DNA from: Octopus bimaculoides
Taxonomy: Eukaryota
Assembly: GCF_001194135.2 (NCBI RefSeq)
Contig: NC_068999.1
Coordinates: forward strand, 9,407,073-9,471,072
Length of the DNA: 64,000 nucleotides
Reading direction: 5' to 3'
This document shows, piece after piece, positions 26,651-40,209 of this stretch. Under the pieces are notes generated by a model. The model worked only from the letters and a program-made list of their open reading frames with translations. It was not told where the DNA came from and ran no database searches. How positions within the stretch are numbered: the stretch's first letter is position 1; each line of letters starts with the position of its first letter. A program made the translations under genes and the position numbers.

Positions 26651-27390
26651 AGAACTCAACCGTCTACTTCACATTCATTTTACTCCCCAAAATCGATATA
26701 GCTGGTATTTCCAGCGATTGTTTAGACTAGAGAATAGTCTCCTTGTGAGTTCACTGTCTCTTATTTCTAAGAAAGGTATATGAACATTTCATAATCTCAT
26801 TTTCGCTATTTGTGTAAAAATATATGAGCATTAAAGCAAAATATAACTAATATCACTGTGATAAAATGTTGAAATTAAACACAATTTTTTTCCTCCGGAT
26901 TCCTTTGATTCAATTAAATTACACCAATAGTATAATATATTTACTTTATCAGTTTCTTCATGTTTTCATATAATCCTTTATTTTTCTTTTTATCTTATTT
27001 GGATATATCGTGTTGATAAAACAAACACCATTCTTATCAACTATCTTTGTCATTCACGTTCTATACTCACTAATGTTCTCTCTCTTTTCTCAGTCTCTCC
27101 CCCCCCCCTCTCTCTCTCTCTCTCTCTTCCTCATCCTCTCTCTAAAAGTTTCCACATTTTTCATTCTAGAATCCGAATAACTGTGACTATAACACACGCC
27201 AATGCCCTGATGTTACACTAGTTAGTTAAATTTCAACACATACATCGTCGTCATCGTCGTCGTCGTCGTCGTCGTCTTCTTCTTCTCCTTCTTTTTCTTC
27301 TTCTTCTTCTTCTTCTTCTTCTTCTTCTTCTTCTTCTTCTTCTTCTTCTCCTCCTTCTTCTTCTTCTTCTTCTTCTTCTTCTTCTTCTTC

Positions 27391-27604
27391 CTCCGCCTCT
27401 TCCTCCTCCGTCTTCTTCTCCATTTCTTCCTCCTCCATCTTCTTCTCCGCCTGTCCTTCCTCATCCTTCTTCTTCGCCTCTTCCTCCTCCGTCTTCTTCT
27501 CCACCTCTTCCTCCTCCATCTTCTTCTCCGCCTCTTCTTCCTCATCCTTCTTCTTCGCCTCTTCCTCCTCCTCCTTCTTCTCCACCTCTTCCCTCCATCT
27601 TTTT
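27391..27604. repeat. 27-bp minisatellite (8 units) with 81-bp higher-order period
   Basis: Unit variants cycle A-B-C-A-B-C-A-B; the minus strand reads KK[D/M/T]EEEEx[E/K]. Confidence 0.85.
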
Positions 27605-27608
27605 CGTA

Positions 27609-27653
<45 letters not shown>

Positions 27654-27698
27654 CTATTATTATTATTATTATTATTATTATTAGCATTAGCGTTATTA

Positions 27699-27744
<46 letters not shown>

Positions 27745-29633
27745 CATTTGTTTCTCTCTGACCGCTTTTGAAAGTATACTTGGTCAAGTGAGGGCGCATA
27801 TGTATGCCATTGTTCACGCTTAATATTCACTCTGAAGTGTTTGTTTTGTCTTTCTTTTATTTTATTTTGCTTCAGTTTCTCTTCTTTGTTTTCGTTTTCT
27901 CTGTTTTCATATATTATTTCCTTTCTTATTTATATTTTTTCTCTTTAGTTTTACTTGTTAGTTTCTTATTTTTATTTATTTCGTTACTAAGCGGATAAAG
28001 CTTAAATTTATACCATTTGAGAACAGCAAAATATTCTTGTGTGGCAGCGAAACCTTAACGGTTTTTAATCATTTTACGCCTCGAGGTATCAGCTTGAGGC
28101 TAGTAACAAGACCAAGACTTCATCACTTCAGTATTCCATGTGAGGTTTCATTTAACAATTCTTTTGCGTTGTGTTGTTATTTTCGAAATCATTCTAGTGC
28201 TCATTCTAGTTCTCTCGTATTCTTATCCGCTACTTCGAGTAATTATTATATTGCGAATTTCTCAGATGATAGATCCATTTTATCAACAAATTCGCTCGTT
28301 AATTTTTCATTCTGTTAATCCGTTTCCTCTCTTAACTTGACTCTATGAAAATATGTTCCGAATTAGTATGCGACAGATATTATCTAAGTCTTAAATTAGA
28401 GAATAGTATAACATTTATCTTTATATCTGTGAGATGTTGCCACAAAAAAACATTATCACATTGAGCGGTATGTTCCAAAATATTTGCTGTTTAGTAAAAA
28501 GGTAAGAAAGAGTGGAGACTGCAGTGAAAAATAATTTACATTGATAAATGAATATACTTCTTAAGATATTTGCACCGGAAAAAATGGTGTTGTTTTTTTG
28601 CTTTCGAATTAGGTTCATATGTCCTCTATTTTATGAACAGAAAACACGTGTGTTGTAAGCTTCATGCCATTACAAACCATATTTACTTTATAAATGGAAA
28701 TATATCGCATTCTTTATAAGCTGGATGTGTTAGGTAAAGACGCAATGACAGAAAACCTTTAGGGTCCATTTGTTTTGTGTAACTACAGTTATATTACTAT
28801 TCACTCGGTGGTTCCTTGTATTAGAGAGTAGAATATTATTTGGAAAATACTTAGTTGTGATGCCTTCCAAGTTGAATAACAGTGAAAAGGTTCTCTTGAG
28901 GGTTTTAATCGGTTTATTTATCGTTACTAACAATTATCCAATGAATGTTATATTGTTGTTATTTCAGTAGCAATAACCTGTATTAGAAAATGGAATAAAG
29001 AAGATTTATACATAAGACGTGTTGATTTTTGTTTCAATTACACAAAATACATTCTCATCATCTAAGATGAATGGCATTGATCCCTTCCAAACCATCCTTT
29101 TTACAAAACAGAGTGTATAACCCAAATATCTTTAGCAGTGTATCAGCGAGGCTCTCGAAGTGTATACTACGTGGTTCTCCTTAGTGAAGCGTATCAAATT
29201 GGCCCTCAAAGTGTATGCTATGTGTTATGTGGTCCGTTTCCTGAAAGATATCCAGTATTCTCAAATTTCTTGAAATGTCATCTGAAAAGTGTAACAAAAT
29301 TTAAAATTCTTAAAAGTATATTTTGCAACATGTTTATAAATATTTCTCGATTTTAACAACTTATTTTTATAACCTCTCCTAATAAGCTGATTATTAAATT
29401 AATTAATAATTATGTAATGGAATTAATTATTTTGCTTTCAAGAGAATCTAAAAGTCATATTTGAGATGTAACTAAAGCTCAACTTTAACATGGAAATGAA
29501 TTAAGCTTGCCTGATTTACGAACAACTTTCTATATGATTTGTACACACACACGCACACGCACACACACACGCACACACACACACACGCACAAAAACATAT
29601 ACACACACATATATAACCATACATATATTTGTA

Positions 29634-29691
<58 letters not shown>

Positions 29692-29975
29692 ATCAAATAC
29701 AAAGAATACGGTAACTGGTATATTAAAATAAAAGAAAAACTTTAAATACATAGCAGTCACCTTATTCTTTGTAATTGTTTTGGAATTACACTCTTGAAAA
29801 TATTCCCAATCCAGCGGTGTAAGCCTGGATTTATCCATCAGATCAGTTACAGTGGGTTTACTCAACATAAGTGAGCCTAGTCTTGACCTAGATTATACCT
29901 GAGAGGGCGTACAGTACTCGTCTGGATCGTTTTATTCTTATATATTCATCATATATACTTCATTCTATCTATCTG

Positions 29976-30048
<73 letters not shown>

Positions 30049-30086
30049 ATCAGTGTATATATATATATATGTATATATATACATAT

Positions 30087-30172
30087 ATACATCTGAGGAG
30101 AGCGGTTTTTAAATTGATGTGATGTTTTCATTGATCGATAAAATGGAACTGCTCGAAACAGCCGTAATGTAT
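30087..30172 (+). ncRNA. Type I hammerhead ribozyme motif, structurally complete
   Basis: Stem I atacat/atgtat; core CTGAGGA 30093-30099; stem II gagcggtt/aactgctc; GAAA 30155-30158; minimal stem III; GUA triplet 30164-30166. Confidence 0.7.
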
Positions 30173-30290
30173 TGACACCTGGATATCCTAGTTATTTATT
30201 TACATTCTGTTTGCCTAACTTAGAGGTGTGCGGACTATAACTTCTGGTTTGGTGCCTCAATTTAAGTACCTAATTCAACTGAATCAAAAT
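30087..30290 (+). mobile_element. About 200-bp hammerhead-bearing repeat (family D here), probably a Penelope pLTR or retrozyme-like unit
   Basis: Aligns along its length with 54730-54940 (minus) up to attcaactgaatc, and with 55048-55155. Confidence 0.7.
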
Positions 30291-30492
30291 TACACCCCCC
30301 CCCATATATATATATATANNNNNNNNNNNNNNNNNNNNNNNNNNNNNNNNNNNNNNNNNNNNNNNNNNNNNNNNNNNNNNNNNNNNNNNNNNNNNNNNNN
30401 NNNNNNNNNNNNNNNNNNNNNNNNNNNNNNNNNNNNNNNNNNNNNNNNNNNNNNNNNNNNNNNNNNNNNTGTGTGTGTGTGTGTGTGTGTAT

Positions 30493-30525
<33 letters not shown>

Positions 30526-30665
30526 AACATATTTTAATATATTTTAAAGACATTTCGATACCAATGCTCTGTTTTAGAATTCAATATACGTGTGCTTCTG
30601 AACGAAGCAATGTTCGGGTACGCAGCGGTAAGAAGAAAAGAGATGACAAAGGAATAAGGGATTAC

Positions 30666-30757
30666 CTTATGAACTTCATATCTGAGGTTTTGATGATGTT
30701 GTAAGCTGTTACTCAGACACTCAACAACGAGTTTACTGCATTTCATAGCGGAAACAT
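30666..30757 (-). CDS. Weak candidate exon, VSAMKCSKLVVECLSNSLQHHQNLRYEVHK
   Basis: Acceptor ttatcttacag| and donor AAG|gtaatc; open only in phase 1 to 0. It does not join 20638 directly. Confidence 0.2.
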
Positions 30758-31728
30758 CTGTAAGATAATGAAGTTCATAAAATAATCAGCTTCTCATTTC
30801 TCATCTCCTTTCTTACATATATGTGTTTATGACTCTCTGTGTGTGCGTGTGTATGAGTGTGCGTGCGTATATGCGTGTGTAAGTTGAATGTTTATCGGAG
30901 ACAATTCGAACAAAATGCTTTGAGCCATTTTAGGTAATATTTATTATAAATTTCTGCCTTTCCTCTGAAATTATTCCTTACACAAGGCATATTATATACA
31001 TATACACACGCATATACCGAGAAAAATAGACATTTATACACGTAGACAAATATGTAGGTATTTGTGTAAATGTATATATATNNNNNNNNNNNNNNNNNNN
31101 NNNNNNNNNNNNNNNNNNNNNNNNNNNNNNNNNNNNNNNNNNNNNNNNNNNNNNNNNNNNNNNNNNNNNNNNNNNNNNNNNNNNNNNNNNNNNNNNNNNN
31201 NNNNNNNNNNNNNNNNNNNNNNNNNNNNNNNNNNNNNNNNNNNNNNNNNNNNNNNNNNNNNNNNNNNNNNNNNNNNNNNNNNNNNNNNNNNNNNNNNNNN
31301 NNNNNNNNNNNNNNNNNNNNNNNNNNNNNNNNNNNNNNNNNNNNNNNNNNNNNNNNNNNNNNNNNNNNNNNNNNNNNNNNNNNNNNNNNNNNNNNNNNNN
31401 NNNNNNNNNNNNNNNNNNNNNNNNNNNNNNNNNNNNNNNNNNNNNNNNNNNNNNNNNNNNNNNNNNNNNNNNNNNNNNNNNNNNNNNNNNNNNNNNNNNN
31501 NNNNNNNNNNNNNNNNNNNNNNNNNNNNNNNNNNNNNNNNNNNNNNNNNNNNNNNNNNNNNNNNNNNNNNNNNNNNNNNNNNNNNNNNNNNNNNNNNNNN
31601 NNNNNNNNNNNNNNNNNNNNNNNNNNNNNNNNNNNNNNNNNNNNNNNNNNNNNNNNNNNNNNNNNNNNNNNNNNNNNNNNNNNNNNTATATATATACATA
31701 TATTTGAAATCAATGTTACCGAATTTAC

Positions 31729-31903
31729 AAGCAACGGCATGCTGACAGAATCGTTAGCATAGCGGGCGAAATGCTTAGCCGTATTTCATCTGCCGCTACG
31801 TTCTGAGTTCAAATTCTGCCGAGGTCAACTTTGCCTTTCATCCTTTCGGGGTCAATGAATTAAGTACCAGTTACGCACTGGGATCGATGTAATCGACTTA
31901 ATC
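31729..31903 (+). mobile_element. SINE family A copy
   Basis: cagaatcgttagc...ttctgagttcaaattctgccgaggtcaactttgcctttcatcctttcggggtc...taagtaccagttacgcactgggatcgatgtaatcgac. Confidence 0.9.
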
Positions 31904-32023
31904 ATATTGAAATTTTCCCGCTGAAGACATTATATGAGTACCATCGTAAGTCCAAAAACAAATGTGCCTGTTTCTCATTCTAAAATGCAGACGATAACTG
32001 TAATGTATGTAAAAGTCGTTAGC

Positions 32024-32082
32024 TACAAATACCTTTCAGATATTCTAGTTATACAAATACCTTTCAGATATTTTAGTTATAC
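32024..32082. repeat. 28-bp tandem duplication
   Basis: tacaaatacctttcagatatt(c/t)tagtta twice, with one mismatch. Confidence 0.9.
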
Positions 32083-32457
32083 GGCTTCATGTTAGATACG
32101 TGTATTCATTTCTGAAACTGCAAGTTGATTGCTGGAATAAAGAACATTTCGTACAAGTTTATCTAACGAAAACATTGTGTACATTAAAGAGCTGATATTT
32201 CTGTGCTGTTGGAAAAAGATAACGTACAGAGCATAGCAAATTTCTTTCTTTCTTCGAGGAGCGAACTAGTTTTGATGGGATGTGAATATAGAATTATTTC
32301 CCTTCGCTTAAAACCAAGTGGGTGTGGTGTAGGCGTTTGTCCGTGTTAATTAGAAACCAAAAGAACACGTTCCTTGTTAGAAACTCCCTGTAAAGTACTA
32401 CAGTTTAATGTTAACACAAATATACGAACAATAACCCAGGTAATTATACATACGTAC

Positions 32458-32548
<91 letters not shown>

Positions 32549-32909
32549 GATGTGTGTCTTAATGGATACACAGAAATGCTTATATATAACAATACAGAAA
32601 TGAAAATGAACGGTTGAAATGTGACAGAGACGTGGAGATATAGAGGTGTATATAATTGTAATCATATGTTTGTTGTTGTTTTTTTAATATATTTATGCAT
32701 GCGTATGTGCAAATATGGGTGCGTATTTATGCCTTCCTCTGTCGGAGAGTTTTCGTTCATTTGAAAGCTTTATCTGATTCTGCTTGGTGCAGCCACTTCA
32801 GATTTCATGCCTACGCATACATTACAAACATGCTTTACCCTGAGGACTTTCCTGGTGTTGTGCCTATGTATATATCATTCTAAAAATGTATATCATCGAA
32901 TTTGTGAAG

Positions 32910-32945
<36 letters not shown>

Positions 32946-33419
32946 ATAGATATATGTATAAACATGTATATATATATGTATATATAACGATGTATATATA
33001 TACATATATATAACACACATGTATTTACATATATACAAAGATACATATAACCACTCATGTNNNNNNNNNNNNNNNNNNNNNNNNNNNNNNNNNNNNNNNN
33101 NNNNNNNNNNNNNNNNNNNNNNNNNNNNNNNNNNNNNNNNNNNNNNNNNNNNNNNNNNNNNNNNNNNNNNNNNNNNNNNNNNNNNNNNNNNNNNNNNNNN
33201 NNNNNNNNNNNNNNNNNNNNNNNNNNNNNNNNNNNNNNNNNNNNNNNNNNNNNNNNNNNNNNNNNNNNNNNNNNNNNNNNNNNNNNNNNNNNNNNNNNNN
33301 NNNNNNNNNNNNNNNNNNNNNNNNNNNNNNNNNNNNNNNNNNNNNNNNNNNNNNNNNNNNNNNNNNNNNNNNNNNNNNNNNNNATATATATATATATATA
33401 TATATATACATACGTACAT

Positions 33420-33486
<67 letters not shown>

Positions 33487-34235
33487 GATAGACTATTAGA
33501 TAGCAAGTGAAAGAGGACAATAGCGAGTAAAATGTGTTAGCAGATATTTAGCACGATGTATGTAACGTATATTTCTGTATGTGTGTGTGTGTCTTTCTGT
33601 CTGTTTTCGGGTCTATTTGCGAATATATGTGCATTTGCGGTTGGGTCCATAGTTGTGTATGTGACGACATGTCAATCAGGAGGGAACTGATGATCCTTAA
33701 CATGTTCTGAACCCATTAGGCTTCTCTTAGCTTTTGGTATTAACCGTGTTCCACTTAGTCGAGCGAGAGCATAAAGTACACAATTCTGGACGGACACACA
33801 TGCTAATGTCATCAGTTACAAAAAAAAAGGAAAATGCAAAAAAGGGTAAGCAACACATCCGTTACATACTTCTCCAGCATCTCCACACCTTACGACAGAA
33901 AGTTACAATTTCAAATTATCGTTACAACGTTCCATATCACATTACTCACCACGCACACCCGCACACACATGCGCATGCGCAGAAACAGCTGATAAATGCA
34001 CACACATATATATATATATGCATATATATAGTAAAACTATGCACAGGCACACATAGAAGCCAATGTCGATGCTCTGTTCAATATTTAACGAACTATGTTT
34101 GGTTGTCAGAAATATAGGGCACACAGTGTATTCCACGCTGCTTCATTGGAGGCGCAAACACACATTCACACGCACTTACATCCACCCCCAGACACATACA
34201 CACGCACACTCATGTTTTTATATGAATATATAAAA

Positions 34236-34320
34236 GGCTAAGTGATTAGAGTGTCGGGCTCACAATCATGAGATAATGAGTTCGATTCCCGTGCCGGGCT
34301 TTGTTGTACCCTTTGAGTCA
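34236..34320 (+). mobile_element. tRNA-derived SINE head (family C-like)
   Basis: A-box-like ggctaagtgattag and B-box gagttcgattcc; abuts the R4 fragment. Confidence 0.6.
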
Positions 34321-35257
34321 GACAAACCCCTTCATGACAAATACTGGGCTAAACTAAATGCAAAAGAAATAGACAGAGAAAAATCACAGCAATGGTTGAG
34401 AAGCTCAGGGTTCAAAGCAGAGACTGAAGGATTTTAATTGCAGCACAAGACCAAAACCTCCCCACCAGAGATTACCAAAATCATATAATGAAAAGAAACA
34501 TGACAAGTAACTGCAGAATATGTGGAGATGGACAAGAAACAATAAATCCATCTTTAAGAGAGGCAAAATCAAATGTATGGGCGGAGTTACGATACCATCG
34601 GGGCAGATTATGAAGCAGATAGAAGAGAAGGACTATATGTACTTGGGCATATTTGAAATGCATAAATTGATAGAGAAAGAAATGACAGAAAAATTTAAGG
34701 TGGAGTACATGCGCAGACTGAGACTGACAATATAGCAAGGCTTGTTCATTGGACACTTTGCAACAAGTATGGACTTGACAGAGCAAAAAATTGGTACGAC
34801 TACAAACCAGAAGGCATCATCAAAAATGATAATGCAAAGATCCCGTGGGATTTTATGATTCGGTGCCACATGAAATAGAGAATAGGAAGCCAGACATAGT
34901 CTTAATTGAGAAAGAAAACAAACTATTCTGGATTATAGATATATCATGCCCAGCTAACAACAAGGTATGTGATAAGTAAAAAAGAAAAGTCGATAGATAT
35001 GACAGGTTAGGTTGGGAGGGTAAGCATTTGTGGTCAATGAAAAAGGTGGTAATAGTAGCCATAATTGTCGGAGCTCTGGGAATAGTGAGTAAAAATCTTT
35101 TGAAATAAATGGAACAGATAGGGGCTGCAATAAGGGTGGAGCACTTGCAGAAAACAGCACTGCTTGGAACCCCTCGAATACCTTCGTTCGCCGGTAGTGG
35201 ACAGCTGACACTATTGTACATCTCCAGCGTTAGAAGAGGTGCAAGGCAATAATAATA
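34321..35257 (+). mobile_element. 5'-truncated, decayed R4/Dong-clade non-LTR retrotransposon (restriction-like endonuclease end)
   Basis: Translates, with frameshifts and stops, to KAETEGF-AAQDQ, CRICG..QETINH (CCHC knuckle), RKPDIVLIEKENKLFWIIDISCP (PD-x12-D), IIVGALG and QKTALLGT; ends in an AAT tail. Confidence 0.9.
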
Positions 35258-35264
35258 CTTTATA

Positions 35265-35468
35265 CTATAGGTACAATACCTGAAGTTTGGTGGGTGGGAT
35301 AGTCGATTACATCGACTCCAGTACTCAGCTGATACTTAATTTATCGACCCCGTAAAAATGAAAGGTAAAGTGGACCTGGTGGAATTTGAACTCAGAACGT
35401 AGCGACGGGCGAATTACCGCCATCTATTTTGCCCGGCGTGCTAACGATTCTGCCATTTTGCCGCCTTA
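35265..35468 (-). mobile_element. SINE family A copy
   Basis: gtcgattacatcgactccagt...ggaatttgaactcagaacgt...gctaacgattctgcc...ccgccttaa. Confidence 0.85.
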
Positions 35469-35479
35469 AATAAGTAGTT

Positions 35480-35589
<110 letters not shown>

Positions 35590-37384
35590 CTAAGCAACAT
35601 TATCTGTTCTTCCATCTCATTTCTCTCGCTCACGTTCACACAAGATTTGCATAATTCCCTAAGATGGAACATTTTTTTTTATATCTTATTCTAAAAACGT
35701 GAGAAAAAACAAAACGAGACGACAAAAAACAACAAAAAAAAACAGTCAAAACAGAGAGAAATACGACATTTATACGACGTGTCGAGAACTAGCTTGTGTT
35801 TCAACGAGGCAAAATTTCAACAATTTCCGTACATCTTCCGGTTGTTTGCTAATGTAAAAAGCTACATATCTAAAGGCCCGGCCAAAAACCTTCGAGGAAA
35901 CCTTTTTAATTGTTTACTAAGGTCTTGATTACCTCTCTGCCAGCCACTCAACCACTCTAACCCCAACATAACTACTCCGTCATTAATTCTGTCAACTGTT
36001 TCCCCCTCTCTTTCTCTTGTTGTATGCACACGCCGTCATGTTCTCTGGAAACAGCAAGGAAAGTAAGGTGAAATAAGTAAGAAAAATAGGGTTTCTTTAC
36101 ATTTGATATTTTCAACGATTAATGACACGTTTTTTCGTTTCGATTTTAGTAACCGAAAGATGTGTTTATGTTTGTATGTATATATGGATGGATGGATGCA
36201 TGCACGCATGGATGCATATATATATATATATGTGTGTGTGTCCATGGATGATTGAATTTAAATATATGTGTGCGTGCCTGCCTGTGTCGTAAGCTTTTGT
36301 TCAGGGACAGAAGGATAAATCGATATATAGATCTATACGCATAAGAAGTACACATATGTCTATATATATATATATGCGTATGTGTGCGTGCATCTATGTG
36401 TGTGTTTATGTGTGTGTGCATATAAAGCGACTGACATGCGTATATTTGAAGTGGAAGTTTATATGAAAGAATGAATTCAGTCAGAGAGATAGGTCAAGAG
36501 AGAAAATCATGTCGTGTATTATATACATATCTCTGTATGCATCAATATGTATGTACGCATGTATGTATATATANNNNNNNNNNAAATCGAACATATCTGC
36601 TTGTGAAGAAAAATAAGAGCCTTGGTTAGTGAGTAAGTGCACATATTTGCTTTCTAAATGTATAAGATCTGCATAATATACGTCTTGCACGTTGTATGAT
36701 GCTTCTCAGCACACATTCTCGCGGAGTGTAAACACGAGAGCAGCACAACCCACGTGATTAAGTGACAGGACGTAAATGGCTATCGTTGTTAGTTATGTAG
36801 GCGTTGTCTCTTTACTAGCTTATTCGTTATGTACACTAAGCTACATCCATTCTGTTGCTGTTCTTTCGTACATCCGTTTTTATATTTATTATTATTATTT
36901 TTATTAAGCCGACAATAAGCGGCGTGTTTCGATAGCATTGGTGTGTACACTGTGAGTTTAATTGGAATGTCTACTAATTGGGATTATCTTAAATCATTTT
37001 CTAATACTACAATGCGTAAGTGTGTAATTATATATATATAAATATATATATATATANNNNNNNNNNNNNNNNNNNNNNNNNNNNNNNNNNNNNNNNNNNN
37101 NNNNNNNNNNNNNNNNNNNNNNNNNNNNNNNNNNNNNNNNNNNNNNNNNNNNNNNNNNNNNNNNNNNNNNNNNNNNNNNNNNNNNNNNNNNNNNNNNNNN
37201 NNNNNNNNNNNNNNNNNNNNNNNNNNNNNNNNNNNNNNNNNNNNNNNNNNNNNNNNNNNNNNNNNNNNNNNNNNNNNNNNNNNNNNNNNNNNNNNNNNNN
37301 NNNNNNNNNNNNNNNNNNNNNNNNNNNNNNNNNNNNNNNNNNNNNNNNNNNNNNNNNNNNNNNTATATATATATATATATACAC

Positions 37385-37416
<32 letters not shown>

Positions 37417-37422
37417 CATATA

Positions 37423-37467
<45 letters not shown>

Positions 37468-38109
37468 GCATACAAAATATCACATGTTCCTCATAATATG
37501 TTGATACACAGAAATATAATATGTTGAATGATATCAATGACTATAATCGACCCTCGAACATCATCTTAGAGCTATACTGAATACATCACTCAGTGCCAAC
37601 AACATTTAAACCCTTTTGAATATGTGTCTAATCAATATTTGCAAGCACATTCTGACCTTCACCATTTACATATATCTATATAAACATATATGTTTTAATT
37701 TATGATTATATGATATAATTATATTGAAGGATGCGGATTAACTCCAACAATACAGTAGAAATAGACGCCAAATAGGTCTAAAAACCACATCTATACTCCG
37801 TAAGCACAGGTTGTAAGCGGGAAGATGAAAAAAAAATGAAGATTTTTTGAAAAGAGATGATTAATCGTAGAACGACTTCTGACTAAGGGTTACAGAGTAT
37901 AGGCAACGGCAGATATGTAACAAAGTATAGATTTGGCTTTTACAGCCATTTTGTTTCTATTTCTAGTATGTTCTTGGGGTTTATCTGTTCGTTTATATTA
38001 TATAGTTATAAATTAATATAAATTGTTTCCTACAAAGTTTGTATTTCACGCTGGCCACTTGATATAATCATTAAAGTGTTTTTTATCCTTAATTTTGTAA
38101 ATATATATA

Positions 38110-38346
38110 TAAAGGGTAAAGACCCCTTCGGTAACGAATTACCTACTAATTGCACCTAGAAAGTTCCGCTATCAGGCACAAGTCCGGAGAGGTCTTTTGT
38201 AGCAGATAACCAAAGGTCGATGCAGCTTGACACCAGTGAGGTCGTAACTTACATCTGGGGCAACGGGAAATAAAGCGTTTCGCTCAAGAACACAGCACAC
38301 AGATTGATCCGGCGATCGACGATCTAACCACTGAGCTGTGCGCCTA
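38110..38346 (-). mobile_element. SINE family C copy
   Basis: Minus head aggcgcacagctcagtggttag and core gtgttcttgagcgaaacgctttatttc. Confidence 0.65.
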
Positions 38347-38951
38347 CGCATACGCACACACACTTATATCCACATCCCGCTGAGCACACACAAACGTCTT
38401 CAAGTGTATACTCGACCATAGCACCCTTTATTTGGGTACTTACTCTGAACTGGTGAAGACATAACTATCAACGCTGACAAAGACTCAGATAGATATGTAC
38501 GCGTAAGTATTATACAGGTGCCTATATATACGTCCATATATCCATATATGTATGATTATGCGAATATATTTACATATATATGTGTCGAAAATAGCCTTAT
38601 GCATCGTCTTCTCTACCAAGTTCCAAATACAGACAGTCACACACACACAAACACTCCCATATATATATATATATANNNNNNNNNNNNNNNNNNNNNNNNN
38701 NNNNNNNNNNNNNNNNNNNNNNNNNNNNNNNNNNNNNNNNNNNNNNNNNNNNNNNNNNNNNNNNNNNNNNNNNNNNNNNNNNNNNNNNNNNNNNNNNNNN
38801 NNNNNNNNNNNNNNNNNNNNNNNNNNNNNNNNNNNNNNNNNNNNNNNNNNNNNNNNNNNNNNNNNNNNNNNNNNNNNNNNNNNNNNNNNNNNNNNNNNNN
38901 NNNNNNNNNNNNNNNNNNNNNNNNNNNNNNNNNNNNNNNNNNNNNNNNNNN

Positions 38952-38989
<38 letters not shown>

Positions 38990-39104
38990 TATACATATGC
39001 ATAAACAGGCATTCATGCACAGTCACTTAAATATGCACAATGCATGCGTACAAATAATTGTACATATGCATGCCCATTTACGTCTGTGAGTGTGTGTGTG
39101 TGTA

Positions 39105-39137
<33 letters not shown>

Positions 39138-40014
39138 GTGCGTGTATAATACACTCACACACATATAAGTGCGTGCATGTCTGTGTTTGTGTGCACGCAT
39201 GTATTTCCAGTCTAAATTGATAAAACTTGAAATGAACGAAGAACGGAACAAATACTAAATGAATTCGGTTGCTCTTTATGGGTATATATGTATGTATGTA
39301 TGTGTGTGTATGTGTGTGTGTGTATAACTTGAGATGTGTATTTAGTTCTGTTTACGTTGTTCTTTATATTTTTATATTTCTTTTCGCAACTCCTTCCTAA
39401 TTTGCGAAACACAAAGCGACAAGAAATTAAAGGAAATGGTTGTTATTCATGAAACAGGAATTTTGAAACTCAAGATTAACACGTCAAGCAAATGTACAGA
39501 TTAGCCACTTTACGTTGAGATCGTAGATTGCATATCCCAGCTTAGTCACTCTCTACCGTACGCAGTAAAAAAAAAATTGATGGAGGGAAAATAAACATAG
39601 AGGTCTCTTTCTCCTATCTTGATTATTTCATTTAACAGTTTTCTGCATTTTTTAAATCAAACAAAACTAAACAAACACATAAAAGATATACCATGTTTAA
39701 GCAAATTATTTTCAAAGTTTTAAATAAAATTTGTGAATTTGGTTGAAATTGTTAAAATCTAGATGTTTACAGCAATTAGGATTATTCGTATTCTTAAAAA
39801 AATCTTTAGGTGTAATTTTGCCTTTCAGGCACAAAGATCTATACAAAACATAGTTAATACCATTAAACAGTGGTTGATTAAAATATCTATATCCCTTACC
39901 GGTTAAAATAAAACTAATTCAATATGGTAGCTGAAGCAAAAATAATGCTTTCTAATGGACACTTTGCAGGAGAATATTTTCTGAGCCCTTCTCTCTAACT
40001 ATCTATTTATCTTG

Positions 40015-40205
40015 TTTATTTATTGCTCACAAGGGGCTAAACATAGAGGGGACAAAGAAGGACAGACTAAGGGATTAAGTCGATTACATCGACCCCAGTG
40101 CGTAACTGGTACTTAATATATCGACCACGAAAGGATAAAAGGCAAAGTCGACCTCGGCGGAATTTCAACTCAGAGCGTAACGGCAGACGAAATACCGCTA
40201 AGCAT
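40015..40205 (-). mobile_element. SINE family A copy, with 3' tail
   Basis: Near-identical to the reverse complement of 16675-16860. Confidence 0.9.
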
Positions 40206-40209
40206 TCAT

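Noticed and set aside
30568-30627. Plus-strand exon candidate (ttttag ... gtaaga)
   Set aside because: Two open phases, neither recognisable; illustrates the false-positive rate of splice scanning.
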